Shown: positions 1 to 14,840, numbered from the stretch's first letter. The stretch is DNA of 64,000 nucleotides from Eledone cirrhosa (GCA_964016885.1 OZ024740.1:47430001-47494000); one strand, 5' to 3'. Made by a program: numbers and translations. Notes: a model not told the origin generated them from the sequence alone.

Positions 1-461
1 ATATTTCGATTGGTTTCTGGGTAGACAATATCTAAATGCCTATTAACAACTGTTTCTTGCGTTGTACGTTAATATATTGCTAAGTGACAATGTTATTAAA
101 AACAATATGATTCGTTCCAATATATTTGAATGTTATCTAGGGTAAAGTTAAAGTTATTCTTTACTCCTTTAACTAAACTGTAGAATTTGTAAAAAAAAAC
201 ATTTGTAAAAGCTGTTTTATAATATCAGAGAAATTTCGAGTTTAAAATTAACCTCCTAACTAGTATTACTATATGTTTATGTTATTAAGGTTATCGTTCA
301 ACAATCAAAATAAAATATAGATTTAACGTAGTTTAATGTTAAAGTATGTTTGGAATCTATAAGCAATATTTAATTTCCTTAGAACAACATTATTTAGGAT
401 TAATTATCAGTCATTTTTGTTTTGCTCACTTTCAAATAAATTTGGTTCAAGCTTCATTATA

Positions 462-505
462 TTGGTGATAACTCGTATGAACATAAAGCAAGATAAATGC
501 AACTA
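462..505 (+). mobile_element. Dong/R4 LINE family A, 3' UTR tip followed by (TAA)n
   Basis: Matches the 3' UTR end of the copy at 2572-2616 (ttggtgataactcgtatgaacataaagcaagataaatgcaact), then a TAA tail. Confidence 0.8.
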
Positions 506-645
506 TAATAATAATAATAATAATTGAATACGTTATACCGAAAATATTTATTTACATACAGATGCACACTCATACGCATATATCTACAAACATTCATATA
601 TATAGATAGATATGTATGTAAGTATATATCTATATCTATATCAAC

Positions 646-684
<39 letters not shown>

Positions 685-1197
685 AGTGTGTGTGTGTGAG
701 TGTGTATGTGAGTGAGAGAGAGGGGGTGATGAGGCTTGTGTACGCTTATTCTAGTGAAAGTAGGATGTTGTTAGTTTTTATCAAGAGCCACAATGGCAGA
801 CATTAATCTTGAATGGAATAACAGAGCAGTAATTTGTGAAATGGAGAAATAATTATCTGATTATAATCAGACAATGCTTGATCATAGATATTGCATACGT
901 ATGTACGAGAAAAACTAAAGTGAGGTGTAAAACCTAAATTTTCAACAGTAATAAAAAATAACCGTTCTGCAGTAGCAGCTAACTCTGGTTAGCTAAGAAA
1001 AAAGAACACATAAATACTTCGAGATAGACATAAGTAATTATAATATTCCCTGATAACATTAGATTGAGCTCGGCCTCAACAGAGTAAGTGATGCACTTGG
1101 ATGTGGCTGTGTGGTCGCCAATCGACAAATAAAGAAATATATGATTTGCAATGCAAATTCTACCTACAACAACAACAACAACAACAACAACAACATG

Positions 1198-1249
<52 letters not shown>

Positions 1250-1252
<3 letters not shown>

Positions 1253-1976
1253 GATGCAGCCCATTATGCCGTGTATGCAAAAAACAACCAGAGACCATTG
1301 ACCATATAATTTCAATGTGCAGTCCTATAGCTCCAACCGAATACCTAAACAGGCATGACAGAGCTGCACAATACATACATTGGATAATGTGTAAGCATTT
1401 TGCCCTGCCCCATGAAAAGAATTGGTGGGAGCATCAACCACCTCGCATACTTGAAAAAGATCACATCTCAATCTTGTAGAACTTTAGCATCCAAACAGAC
1501 CGAAAAATAGATGCAAATGGACCTGATATAATATTGAAGGACTTTAAAAAGAGGGTATGTCTGCTAATTGATATGTCCGTTCCAATAGACAAGAATGTAT
1601 CTATAAAAACATTTGAAAAATTGAGCAAGTATAAGGACCTGGAGATAGAAATTGGAAAAATATGGAAATTGAGAACTAAAACAATACCACTGGTTGTAGG
1701 CGCTCTGGGAATGATACCTAAGGGGTCTAATGATTACTTATCGCAAATCCCAGGAAACCCGCGTATAGGAGAAATACAAAAGATAGTACGAATGGGAACT
1801 GCCCATATACTAAGGAAGATTCTGTCAATATAAGTACATCACAAGTCTAAACACTAAAGATGCATGTGTGAGTATGTATGTTCTTTCTTGAACATGGCGG
1901 ACCTTGTTGTCTCTTGAGGTCACTGGTTGTGACTTGGTGATAACCTGTATGAACATAAAGCAAGATAAATGCAACT

Positions 1977-1978
<2 letters not shown>
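1250..1978 (+). mobile_element. Dong/R4 LINE family A, 5'-truncated 3' fragment (CCHC knuckle, REL endonuclease, 3' UTR) in (TAA)n
   Basis: CRVC..ETIDHIISMC and RHD..PD motifs. Near-identical to the C-terminus of ORF 32383-35054. Internal stop at 1477-1479. Flanked by TAA repeats. Confidence 0.92.
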
Positions 1979-2070
<92 letters not shown>

Positions 2071-2071
2071 T

Positions 2072-2616
2072 ATCAACCACCTCCCATACTTGAAAAAGAT
2101 CACATCTCAATCTTGTGGAACTTTAGCATCCAAACAGACCGAAAATAGATGCAAATAGACCTGATATAATACTAAAGGACTTTAAAAAGAGGGTATGCCT
2201 GCTAATTGATATGTCCGTTCCAATAGACAAGAATGTATCTATAAAAACATTTGAAAAATTGAGCAAGTATAAGGACCTGGAGATCGAAATTGGAAAAATG
2301 TGGAAATTGAGAACTAAAACAATACCAGTGGTTGTAGGCGCTCTAGGAATGATACCTAAGGGGTCTAATGATTACTTATCGCAAATCCCAGGAAACCCGC
2401 GTATAGGAGAAATACAAAAGATAGTACTAATGGGAACTGCCCATATACTAAGGAAGATTCTGTCAATATAAGTACATCACAAGTCTAAACACTAAAGATG
2501 CATGTGTGAGTATGTATGTTCTTTCTTGAACATGGCGGACCTTGTTGTCTCTTGAGGTCACTGGTTGTGACTTGGTGATAACTCGTATGAACATAAAGCA
2601 AGATAAATGCAACTGT
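2072..2616 (+). mobile_element. Dong/R4 LINE family A, second tandem 3' fragment
   Basis: RPDIILKDFKKRVCLLIDMSVP...GTAHILRKILSI* plus the same 3' UTR, bounded by TAA repeats. Confidence 0.92.
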
Positions 2617-2891
2617 AATAATAATAATAAACTCTAAAATTAATTTCAACATGGAATCATAGAACCCTAAAATATTTTAAGAAACATTTAGGGTAAACTT
2701 TAGTGTGTTATCTACCCAAAATCATTCCAACTAATTCTAATCCAACTTATAACTTCTATCTCTCTCTTTCCCGCCATCTTTGTCTTTCTATCTCTTTTCC
2801 TTGATTATTCTGGTTTTCTCTGCTGTGCTTTCGTGTGTATCTTTCTCTCTTTCTCTCTCTTTCTCTTACTCTCTCTCTCTTTTACTCGTAT

Positions 2892-3197
<306 letters not shown>

Positions 3198-4762
3198 ATA
3201 AAATGAAATTCAGTTGTATGTAATCATGGGAAATTTTAATTGAACGCAGCCTAAACTGATCCTACCCTCGCCTGCAATCTAATAGTTTGGCTCCGCTAAA
3301 TCTTTTCCCCTTCATATGCCTTTTCTGCTATCTGACAGTCCCCATCCGTGAAACATACTTCTGTTGCGAATACAACACAGTTTTACACACTATATCTTTT
3401 ATTAATCAACGATTAAGTTTCCAGATTTTTTATAGCATTTATTTCATTGTAAATAAGCAGTTTCTTTCAAAATCAATTTTATATAACATCGTGTTTTCCC
3501 CATATTTTGTTTTCCCCAGTTTCTCATAATTGTTTTCTTTGATAAATCCCTATTACATTTGGTTGCCATATTTGCAAACCTGTGATTTACGTTTTGATAG
3601 TGAATTTTTCAAATATGCATGTTTATTTACAATTCGTTTATTTTCCGAAATTCAGAAGATTTATTTTCGTAAAATAATTTGCGATTAAAAGAAGTGTATA
3701 TAAATGATTTTAGTGGAAATAGTATTTGATTAAAATGGAAATACATTACCTGAGGATAGTTATTAAGAAAGGCTTTTTTATCTTTACCTTCGTTAATGTA
3801 TACCTAATATTAAAATATTGTAAACATATCGCAGGATTTGGGTATATGGTCTTAATAATTAACGTTTATTGATTACAGTTCTTAAAGTTTTCATCTTTAT
3901 TCAAAATACAAAGATTTGTGAAAAAAATTTCTTTCGGTGCTCATATTTTGTTCATTGTCATCAAATAGTTTTGTATATAGATATTTCAAAACTTTTCTTC
4001 TGTTCTGATTATTGATATATATCTTCAAAGTAACAGTGATTAGTCAATTTAAATGATATATATCTCCCCTGTGATAAGAATGAATTAAAATGTTACAAAT
4101 ATCTCTTGAAATCTGTAAGCATCCGCTATTATATGTTGCAAAATTAGATGTAATTTTCTTGCTGCAATTTTTTAACTTAAACACGTATTTCTGAAACAGA
4201 ATGTTTCAAAATAATTTTACTGAATTTGATTAATTTCAAGGATATATTTTCTGATTAATGTATACTGCGGTTAACACTGTGGGGATAAATTTCAGATCCC
4301 ACCATGTTGAAATTGTATTAAACCTGTTTGATATCGGACATAAACACCACATCATCCTATATCATGTTTAACTTTCACAATGCATTTCGGTTATGAAAAT
4401 ATGGAGATCCTTTTAGAGTACAAAATAATTTAAATTTATGGTTTTTACCAATGCGTTTCTCTTTTGAAAATATGGAGATCTTTTTGGAGCAAGAGGTAGG
4501 TTCTCATTTTGTTTGAGTGTACAAAACAATTTAAATTTCTAGTTTTAATAATTTCGCAGCATCTTTGAGAAAGGCGTGAAATTCTAACAGTTTCTTTCAC
4601 ATGTGAACACGTAACATGTACAAAAAATAAATAAAATAAACAAAACACTTAATCAGCTATTCAACTTTCTTTACTTCAGATGCAATTATTTCTAATTGGA
4701 TTTTTCTTTTTGCATGTCTTTTCCAACTGACCGTCATTCATATAATACTTGTCGAATTTCAG

Positions 4763-4873
4763 GTGAAGAGCTAGCAAAAAGGTTAATGGCTCCTCCCAAG
4801 TACCATCGACATCTATTAAGAAACAAGAGCGTTCTTGATGGTAAAAGACTTCGAAGACAACTGGCTGGAGCAG
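4763..4873 (+). CDS. CAP/SCP gene exon (propeptide): xEELAKRLMAPPKYHRHLLRNKSVLDGKRLRRQLAGA
   Basis: tttcag acceptor, CAG|gtaaat donor, 111 nt, phase 1-1, in frame with the next exon. Contains RLRR furin-like site. The 5' boundary may extend to 4680. Confidence 0.7.
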
Positions 4874-5380
4874 GTAAATGTTTCTATCAGATTTTAATTC
4901 TTTTTATTCATCACATCTATATTTTTAACTATACTTTTTATTTACACGAGAAATAGATAAACGATAATATATGTATGATAATGTAAAAGTGAGAGAGTAT
5001 GTGTGTGTAACTAAGAAAGAAACCCTTATATTACCACATGTAATCAGCGTAGAACAAAGGTTAGCTAAACAGAGGTTCATTTCATGTATGCATCTGTTCT
5101 CGAATTTTATAGCTTCTGTGTCACGTTAACAACAGACTATATATATATATATATATATAGTAATAATAATAAATTTGAAGACTAAAACCCAAAGAGGGCT
5201 CGATAAGGATAAATATATATCAAATATATAAGAACCCTAAAGCGATTCTTTGCGTAAACTTTAATCTCTTATATATATATATGTAAATATGATAATAATG
5301 GAGCTGTGGAGCTGCAAATGGGTTACATATGAAAAAGTTTGTCCTCATCAGTGGCCTTCCAACCGTCGTAGGCATTTCGT

Positions 5381-5439
<59 letters not shown>

Positions 5440-5569
5440 GGTTATCCAGACCACTGTGCTACTATTTACACCAACACATCACCCGTCTTTCTCCATTCAA
5501 ATTAGAAGCTATAAACTTAGTGATTGTAATGTCAAGTGAGAATATTTTCGAAACAGCGAGCGGGTTTGA

Positions 5570-5827
5570 AATTATTATAAATGTAAGCTATCGCCGTATT
5601 TTGACTAAAGAAATTAAAGAAATTATTTTAGCCTGATAGTGGGGTTAAGAACCCTCGGTGAAATGGAAAAAGATGAGTATTGACGTACATGGGAGTACGT
5701 CAATACTCCCATGTACGTCAATACTCATCTTTTTCCATTTCTCCGAGGGTTCTTAACCCCACTATCAGGCTAAATAATTTCTTTAATTTCTTTAGTCAAA
5801 ACACGTCAATAGCTTACATTTCTAATA

Positions 5828-5830
<3 letters not shown>
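5570..5830. repeat. long imperfect palindrome (fold-back, ~125-bp arms)
   Basis: Left arm aatgtaagcta...gagtattgacgtacatgggagta mirrored by tactcccatgtacgtcaatactc...tagcttacatt. Confidence 0.9.
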
Positions 5831-5890
<60 letters not shown>

Positions 5891-6650
5891 TTCAGCCGGA
5901 TGGCTGGAACAGGTAAAAGAGGAAAAGAGAGAATATGCGAATATGCGGGTGTGTATGAAGAGTTGAAGGAACATATCGTTCCTTTTTAATATTTGAAGAA
6001 TTTAATATTCTGAACCTATTTTATGCCATTTGTCCATATTTATTATTCTCTGAAATATTAGGAAGCCATTTCCATTATTATTTAGTACAAGGAGAGTAGT
6101 GTGTTCACATGTACTTTGTAGGCCCTCTCAGACCGGGTGCGAGATACGACTTTGGTGAAAGACTTCAGAAATTAGAATGTATATAATTTGAGGTGATTGC
6201 TCAGTTTTGGTTCTGAGCAGGTAGCGCGTATCATTGCACAACCTTTTTCATCCTATTGAGTATTGTTTATTTGTACTACTTAAGAAATTGAATTTGCCCC
6301 ATTCAAGTTTGGTGGTTGTTACTGAGAATTAAATGTAGGATTGTGTTCTTAATGTTACTATTATTACTGATTTCTGCAGTAGAATTGCTTGAGATATTGC
6401 ACTCTTCTTTTTTAAATTAGTTTTATTTCCACCAACAAATCATTTTGTATTTTATGTAGTATAATTTCAGGAGAATTTTTTATTCCATTTATTTGGGGAT
6501 ATAGGTTTTAACATAGATTTGGTAACTTTTCCTGTGTATTACTAAGATTTTATAACCTCTTCCTGCATAACCCTTTATTTATTATTTCAATTATCTATTG
6601 CTCATTCTGACTAGAAACTAAATGTGTCGTTATTGCTTTTTTCTAAATAG

Positions 6651-6730
6651 GAAGCTTGACTGACACCGAAGAATATTACATGGTGAGCGCTCATAACACT
6701 CTTCGTCGAAGGACTAACAAGAAAGAATTG
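6651..6730 (+). CDS. CAP/SCP gene exon: GSLTDTEEYYMVSAHNTLRRRTNKKEL
   Basis: ttttttctaaatag acceptor, gtaagt donor, phase 1-0. Contains the HNxxR motif of CAP domains. Confidence 0.88.
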
Positions 6731-6930
6731 GTAAGTAATGTAGGCTTTTAAAGAACACTTTCCTTTTTCATCTCACACTTTGATTATATATGAAGAGATG
6801 AAGGAAGATATCGCAATAGAATTACGTACATTTCTATGTTCCTTTTTAATATTTGAAAGTTTTACGACACACTATTATGGTCAAACATTTTAAAGGATGT
6901 TTTCACCTTCATAATATATCTCTATTTCAG

Positions 6931-7056
6931 ACATGGAACCGATATTTAAGCAGATGGGCTAATTATGTTATTCGCTGTACCGAGGAGTATCCTGGTCCCA
7001 GAAGTGCATACACTAACTTCGGAAAGATGTTCACATCAGACCGTGACAAGGATGAA
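6931..7056 (+). CDS. CAP/SCP gene exon: TWNRYLSRWANYVIRCTEEYPGPRSAYTNFGKMFTSDRDKDE
   Basis: tctatttcag acceptor, gtaagt donor, 126 nt, phase 0-0. L-x-W-x3-L-x3-A-x6-C CAP pattern across the junction. Confidence 0.88.
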
Positions 7057-8457
7057 GTAAGTTATCTTAATTATTTAAACCAGTATTATTTTATCGAATG
7101 TTGTTTTGATATGCGCGCGAAGTTAACAATTTGTCATTTGTAGTTTTGTGCTTGTATTTACTAAATGCATTCGTTAGTTTTATAACATTTATATTATCAC
7201 CATAGTTTGAAATATCTCGATAGGTTTAATGACTCGACAGCAATTCGAGGTTAAAAAAGAGAGTAGGCTTGTGCTCCACGTCTTTACTAAAACATATTAG
7301 CAGCATCTGTAAAACAGTTTTGTATGGGAATTGAGAAAACCGCCATGAATTTAATTCACTGAAAACTAACGTTTTTCATAATTGGGTCATCGTATAAATT
7401 TAGAAGTATTGTTTACAACAAACGTTCTATGGAATAGTTTTCTAAAAGTAATATGGTGCAATTTACACGAGGCAAAATATAGATGATATTATATTCGGTA
7501 TGGTAAATATATGTCAACTGATCAACAGCAGCCGACTGGTTGGCGAAGTTCTAACCTATTTTTCAAAGATTAACGAAATCAAGTTACAGGTTGATTCCAT
7601 TATCTTTAGCAGAGACAGAGGTAATAATACGGGGAAATTGTCGTTAAATCCAGTATAGACTCAAATATAATTAATTTCGGATATATAGAGTACAAATTCC
7701 TACTTGTTTTTCGCTCCACGTAATACAAGATACATTTGCTATGTTTTTAAATAAAGAAAAAGTACAAAATAAAATACTTTTGTATATATCAAAATGTTAA
7801 TATGAATATTAACATTTATGGACGTCAAGACAAAAAGGAATATGATCAAGAACTGAAATTCCTTCATTAGTGCCTTACCTCCTCTACTATCGTTCGATTT
7901 TATTATATAAATTTGTGATGTTTTGAGATAGCATTACATAGTTTTCATAAAGTTATTTTTTGTTTGAGGTCAGCAATACCATTTCTATTTTGTCCTCATT
8001 CTCCGTAGCTTTTCAATTTTTATAATATGTTCAACAACGAACACCAGTAATTAACTTGGGACCGAAGAAATGCATATGGAGATTAGGATATTTTTCCCTT
8101 AAATAGAAAATTCTTCGAAATTAAAAAAAACACATGGAATCAACTTGTTTTTCTTATGAGTTATCCAGCAAAGGATATTGTTTAAAATATCTCAGGAGAG
8201 GGGTGGTCATATATATATTTAAGTATACGCTCTTGTGTGAAATGGAGAAGCTTAAATTTATGATCACATACAAAGGTTTTAATGCGAGAAAGTATATACT
8301 TGACGATTGGTCAGGCTACATTACACGACTTGGCAATGGGCTTGGCCAAACTTATGCACAACACACAAATTATACTAACCATTTCAGGCATTTTCTATAT
8401 TCTGTACAGCGTAGGTATAACAATATTCTTCCATACACGGAACAAGAGGGGGTAATG

Positions 8458-8500
8458 ATTCTCTGATGACGACGCAATAACACTTGAAATACATAAGAAT
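8458..8500 (+). ncRNA. degenerate minimal type I hammerhead ribozyme (Penelope-associated)
   Basis: attct-CTGATGA-(weak stem II)-GAAA-taca-TA-agaat. Stem I closes; stem II is decayed. Confidence 0.4.
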
Positions 8501-8793
8501 AATCTCTTGTTTTTCTGTTAATAGGAATAGTTGAAAAGATTTATATTTTACATTTCATTCTTTTAACAACAAAGGATATTAATTGAAACATAATAGACAT
8601 ATCACCTTAAACTTATCTTAAAATCTTCAGATATCCGGTGTAAGTAATATTTTAATGTTCTACTTGTTTGTATGTTTTTATGAAAGATATCGATTATATG
8701 TGAGTGTCTTCTGTTCTTGGTATTTTAGCGCCAAATTTACATGGATGAGTTATAGTCAACGAATCGATATTTTATACATCGATATAATTACAT

Positions 8794-8935
<142 letters not shown>

Positions 8936-10029
8936 AAATAGAAACATATCTTGATAGCTGAAATATACTAGTAATATATTAAGAATAAAACATAGAGCAA
9001 CCTAGATAACAAGGGGTAAAGTTTATCAGATTATAAATGTGTGCTTTGTTGTATGATTGCCCCTAACAATTCTCATAAAAGAGTGGTCCTTTGAAACTTA
9101 CACAGTATGTTTAAACCCTGCTTGTTTTCAATGCATGTTGCTGTCTTTTTCATTTTAGGTTATTATGCGCGTGGGAAATCGCATATGGCATCTAAGCAAA
9201 CGCGTGCGTGCTTTTCTTATCTCCTGTTAATTTGTTGGTGATGGTTAATCAAGAAACAAGTCAATTCCAACTAAAGTTTTTCATTTTATTTATTTTATGC
9301 AATTCCCAACCTAACATGTCCAATTAATAACAATAAAATCATTCAGTTTTAGACTTGTAAAATAATATATACCTTTAGATACGTGGCTTTTAATTACTTA
9401 ACAAGAACAAAAGAACCTTTCACTAAATTCTTTACAGTATACATTTTCATCTTTCTGTTTGGAGTTTAAATCTGATCAAAATTGATTGTTATAACTCTGA
9501 TAGCAGTATTCCAATGATATTATATTCACTCTCGAGTACAAAGGTTAGGCTTAAGTATTTAGATAAAATGTGATAGACATTTCTGCTGAGATAAATGACT
9601 GTTTCAAGAAATTTCTGTGTAATTCAAAATGGCTAATTGTTAAAATATATTGAGTGAATCATTCAGCAAGAAGTCATCACACTTTATCTGACGCAAAACG
9701 AGCGGTTTCGATGTTACGACTGCATTGATAATATCGCTTTTTTTATAATAGTGTCAAATAATTAACTGACGATATGACATTAACATCCTGTGCAGATTTT
9801 TTTCTTGAGATATAAATACCTAAAATAATTTTATAGCTCAGTTAATGTATAAGATTCTGTAGGCTTTTAATTTCTGATAGTTTTCTTCATCTGAAAATAC
9901 AAGCCACCATATTTGATTATTATATTCGTTGTTAAAAAATATAATGCTTAGATGTAAAGCGTTGGAAATTGAAATGCATATCGTCCCATTTTCAAATAAT
10001 ATTGGACAGTTTTGACATGATAGTATCAG

Positions 10030-10320
10030 ATAATAGTATAATAATAATATCATATACGATACATAATATATACTGTTATAATGTATACTGTATAAAATTA
10101 TAGATATAATGAAGTGTAAGGTAAGAGAGTTGACATGATAGAGTAAGATAATATTTTAAATATAATATATTGTAAGATAATAGTATATAGTTTGAATATA
10201 GTATAAGATAAGAGTATAAAGATAAGATAGCATAAGATATAATATAGTGAAACATAATAGTATAGATGTACTAAAGCGTAAGGTAAGCGTATAGACACAA
10301 TATAGTGTAAAATAATAGTA
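10030..10320. repeat. degenerate pentamer-like satellite (TATAG/TAAGA)
   Basis: Periodic ~5-nt units tatag/taaga/tataa. Confidence 0.6.
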
Positions 10321-10446
10321 GAAATGAAAATGATTCATTTATTGACAATAACATTTCTGTTAAAGTTTAATAGCATTCAGTTTAAATTATGTTTTTAGGA
10401 CAATTCAAACAGACTAAGAATTGCATAAATATGTGAACCTACAAGT

Positions 10447-10556
10447 GCTTTTGGTGCGCAATTACAGGTACATTTGACGCGCGACTACAAATGCATTTAG
10501 CGCGCGACTACAAATGCATTTGGCGCGTTATTAAATGCATTTGGCGCGTTATTACA
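10447..10556. repeat. ~20-22-bp minisatellite, about 5 copies (catttggcgcgcgactacaaatg)
   Basis: Directly visible tandem units. Confidence 0.8.
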
Positions 10557-10977
10557 AACCTTTTCGCTTTCCAGTTATCCTGTAGGTTAGATTTCCTTTA
10601 TTATTTGCTGATCCCAAAACTGATATCCGAAACACTCACACTTTTTCTCTAAAAAAGAAGTTTTATTGCAATTAAAGACTACGGGCTGAATTGTGTGTGC
10701 GTGTAAGTGTGCGTATGTGTGCGTGTGTGTAGTATATGTGTGTGTGTGTGAGTATATGTGTGTGTGAGTGCGCGTGTGTTTCTGTGCGCTTGAGTCTGTG
10801 TGTGTGTAATGTAACAAATAACTGTTAAGTTATTAATGTAAACAGTATCAATTATATAATATTGGTCAATTGCTACCGATTACTTTCGACTAGTTATTTT
10901 TCTATATTAAATTACAATGAAAAATGTAAAAACCTAAAGACACACTAACGTACGAACATGCAGAAACACACACACAT

Positions 10978-11032
<55 letters not shown>

Positions 11033-11289
11033 TAAACGGAATAGAAAATGCTGACAAATTGCTCACAGTGAAAAATAGTTTAATTAGGAATAAATGAGAA
11101 TTAGTAATTGTATTGGTTAGTATATATATATAATACTCATATACATATACATACATATACATACGTATACATATATATATATATAATAATAGTTTAATAC
11201 TGGTTTAATTCCTGATATATATATATATGTATGAATGTATGCGAAACGGCAAGAGTTCGAACATCGGGCCCCGAGTCTTTGTTATATAC

Positions 11290-11407
<118 letters not shown>

Positions 11408-11448
11408 GTGTGTGTGTTTGTGTGTGTTTGTGTGTGTGTATCAATGTA

Positions 11449-12605
11449 TAGTGTGTAACAGGTAAATTGGGACCATTTAGATATCTTTAATTGTAATAGA
11501 TATAACTCAGAAAATCAAACTGCCATTTTTATGTTTATGCCAATTTATTTTGGAGTGTTTAGCACTTATCTCAGTTCAATGTGACCGCCATTTGCTTTCT
11601 TTCAATCCGTTTATGAAATGATGCGCGTGCCTTAACTATTTCTTCCTTTTTCCTTTTACTGAATGCTCGCTTGATCAAAGCTTTCAGTGAAGACACACAG
11701 GTGTGAGAAGTTCTTTATTCAAAAATTCTTGCACTCTTTTCGAAGAATGGGCGAACGTGAAGTCCTGTACAAAAATGACTCGACTTGCATCTTAACGCTT
11801 CCTCATCAAAGACAACAAAACTGCTAAGATTTTTAGATACTCTGCTGTGTTGATTTTAAGACCCGATTTAATAAAATGAGGAGGCATCAATTTCTCATCA
11901 CTTGAAACTGTTCCAAAGACCATACTGAAAGCCGGATTTTTGCTATGCATAACTGAAAGAAATTGGGAAGAGTCGTACGCTGCTATCACTCGTGAGTTTT
12001 GACGGTTTGCAACTTCTTTTCATCCACAAAGGTGCAGACATATCCGCCACGATGTTTCAGATGACTAAGAAGTTTGACAGTTTTTTTAGCTCGAATGGCT
12101 TTGGAGCAGGTAGCTAGAATGTTACAGTGTCTCCTCAAACCCGATTTCATATGGAAGTCTTGTCTCACAGTCCAAGAAACGATCATCTTACTGATTGTTC
12201 GATCTTGAGCCAGCTTCGTCATCGATTTTAATGGTTTTGACTCAATCCATCTCTTAAGTCCTGCTAAGAAGCGAGGAGTGCGTTTTCGATCACTGCGAGG
12301 ACTGTGAGACTTTCTCTGAACATCCTGACTTTTCTTCAAATTGTTTACAACTCTAAAAACAGTAGATTTGGCAAACTTTGTGGCTCTAACAAACTCCTCA
12401 GCAACTTTGCGTGCGCGGAATTATTCGGCAATTACACTTCTACGGTTTAATTCTTTATTAACATACTAATTCTTATTTCAGATTGAGCAAATTATAAATA
12501 AGTGATTATTCAACTGATAATATTTGAAATTTAGACGCCAACAAAATCTATACAATTAGAAATATACCCATTTGAAACTTGTCCCAATTTACCTATTACA
12601 TCTTG
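11449..12605 (-). mobile_element. degenerate Tc1/mariner DNA transposon (maT/DD37D-like) with TIRs
   Basis: TIRs gtgtaacaggtaaattgggac / gtcccaatttacctattaca. Transposase fragments ...TFVDEKK and MVFGTVSSDEKLMPPHFIKSGLKINTAEYLKIL, frameshifted. Subfamily assignment is from memory. Confidence 0.85.
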
Positions 12606-12814
12606 ATATACAAATGTATATAAAGAGATACATATGCATACAGACACGTACACACATTCTTTCTTAAAAAGTCCCAATCCACTATCCTATGCAGAGAAAC
12701 AAATGTACATATATGACATCACAGTTAATGCAATCAATATCTTTATAACAAACCACTTTCCACTGATCGAGTACTCGCTAAACTTTGAATATTCCTGACC
12801 AAACTACATTACAC

Positions 12815-12956
<142 letters not shown>

Positions 12957-13064
12957 AGTCTTCAAATTTATTATTATTACTATTATTACTATATATATAT
13001 ATATACACTATATATATATATATATATGTGGTGTGTGTGTGTGTCTGTATATATATATATATAT

Positions 13065-13460
13065 TTTCTCGCTCTTGCTCAATGAGACTGGGGTCATCCT
13101 AGGTTAGTGTTCCCAGAGGCATCATCATGCATAGAGCCAACCAGATCCACCAGTGCCCTCCAACGGTGGTCGTTCTGTGCCAGCCCCTCCAAGGTGACGT
13201 CGAGCTTCTGGTGATCTTCCTTGATGACATCTAGCCATCTGGAGCCGGGCCTCTTCCAGCCTCTAGCTGCTGCGTCGAACGAGAGTCAGGTCCTAGAAGG
13301 TTGATCTCGCGAGAGGTGGAGGACATATTCGTATCAGCGCATGCAGTGGATGGCTATAATGTTGGAGGCTGAGGGTTGATGCGTGCGCGCACGCAACTCT
13401 ATGTTGGAAATGTGGTGGTACCATCTGATGTTCTCGATAGCCCCCAGGACCCCAGGACTA
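13065..13460 (-). mobile_element. RTE-clade LINE 3' fragment
   Basis: Minus strand reads ...GWKRPGSRWLDVIKEDHQKLDVTLEGLAQNDHRWRALV, a typical RTE C-terminus. Confidence 0.75.
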
Positions 13461-13525
13461 TAGATATGCATATAAATTGGTATATATACATGTATATGTG
13501 CGTGTGTGTGTGTGTGTGTATGTGT

Positions 13526-13640
<115 letters not shown>

Positions 13641-14626
13641 TGTGTGTGTGTGTGTCTGTGAGTGTGTGTATGTGTTTGTGTGGCTAAAACTTACCATCGT
13701 TGTAATATATTTTGAACAGAAAATGTTAATTAATAGCCCAAATGTTTAAAAGTTTAATCGCAATAACTTCTATCTGCGCTAATATTTTTATCATGTTTCA
13801 ATCTTAACATTTGAATTTTTATATTTATCTTTTCTGTTTTCTAAACTGATGATTTACATTGATTATCATTCGTAGTAACCAAACAAAAAAGAAACAGCGC
13901 TTTGGGCTACGTAAACTTTATTGTATTTTAATTGGTGGGGGGAGGGGGACATGATTGTAATTTTGTTGCATCATTTTATTAAAGATAATGATGATCATTA
14001 TGGTGTTGGTGATGAGTAGGTATGATGAGGGAAACAATTGAAGAGGATATTAACGGTGAAAATGATGATGCTGTTATTTATATTATTTATTTCAGAGTTT
14101 CCTTTTGGTAATCATTTCATAGAATATATTGAACTTAAATTTGAAGATTTACCATACAAAAATCTCATATAATGAGAATAATTACGTCTGCTAAAAGTAT
14201 ATAGCATTCCATATTTAATCAGTAACCTTTTAATTTCTCATTTAATCTCTCTTTCTTCGTAATCACGGAAGTATTTATATATGAATGTGTACATGTACCA
14301 ATGAATGTCTATATATATATGTATGATATATGTATTAAACATCATTTGCATCTTACCACAGTCTTAGGTCGATTCAACTCTTGAATAGACAGAAACTGTG
14401 CAATCTCGTAGAACCTGTATTTCAAACAGTGTGCGTACAGTTGAATGTGTAAAGCTCAGTCCATTACGCATTTCTCAATTAGCAATTTAACTAAGTACAC
14501 TACCGATGAACAACATAATAAAGTAATCAAAACATGTGAATATGCTTTGGGACACGTCATAGAGGATTAATATTTCTATTTTTTTATGAATTCTGAAAAG
14601 AATTTTCATTATTAACACTACCTAAT

Positions 14627-14840
14627 GGCGGATTGGCAGAGTCGGAAGAGCGTCGGACAATATGGTTTTCAGCATAGAGTTGGGGCCCTTTACGCTCTGA
14701 GTTCAAATCCCGCCGAGGTTAGCTTTGCCTTTCATCCTTACGGGGTCGATAAAATAAAGTACCAGTAATATACTGCAATCGACTTAATCGACTTTTCCCT
14801 CCACCCCAAAATTACTGGCCTTGTGCCTAAAGTAGAAACG
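14627..14840 (+). mobile_element. tRNA-derived SINE (family 1)
   Basis: A box TGGCAGAGTCGG, B box GTTCAAATCC, central domain gcctttcatccttacggggtcgataaaataaagtaccag. About 9 copies in the window. Confidence 0.88.

Noticed and set aside
5341-5385. CTGATGAG and GACGAAA on the minus strand
   Set aside because: Order and pairing do not give a closed hammerhead, and the sequence is truncated by (TA)n.
5940-6600. Possible decayed Penelope fragment on the minus strand
   Set aside because: Only weak motifs (QPPNL); too degraded to call.
10447-10556. CRISPR-like repeat array
   Set aside because: No spacers, eukaryotic context; a simple minisatellite.
14627-14720. tRNA gene
   Set aside because: A/B boxes belong to a multi-copy SINE head; no full cloverleaf.
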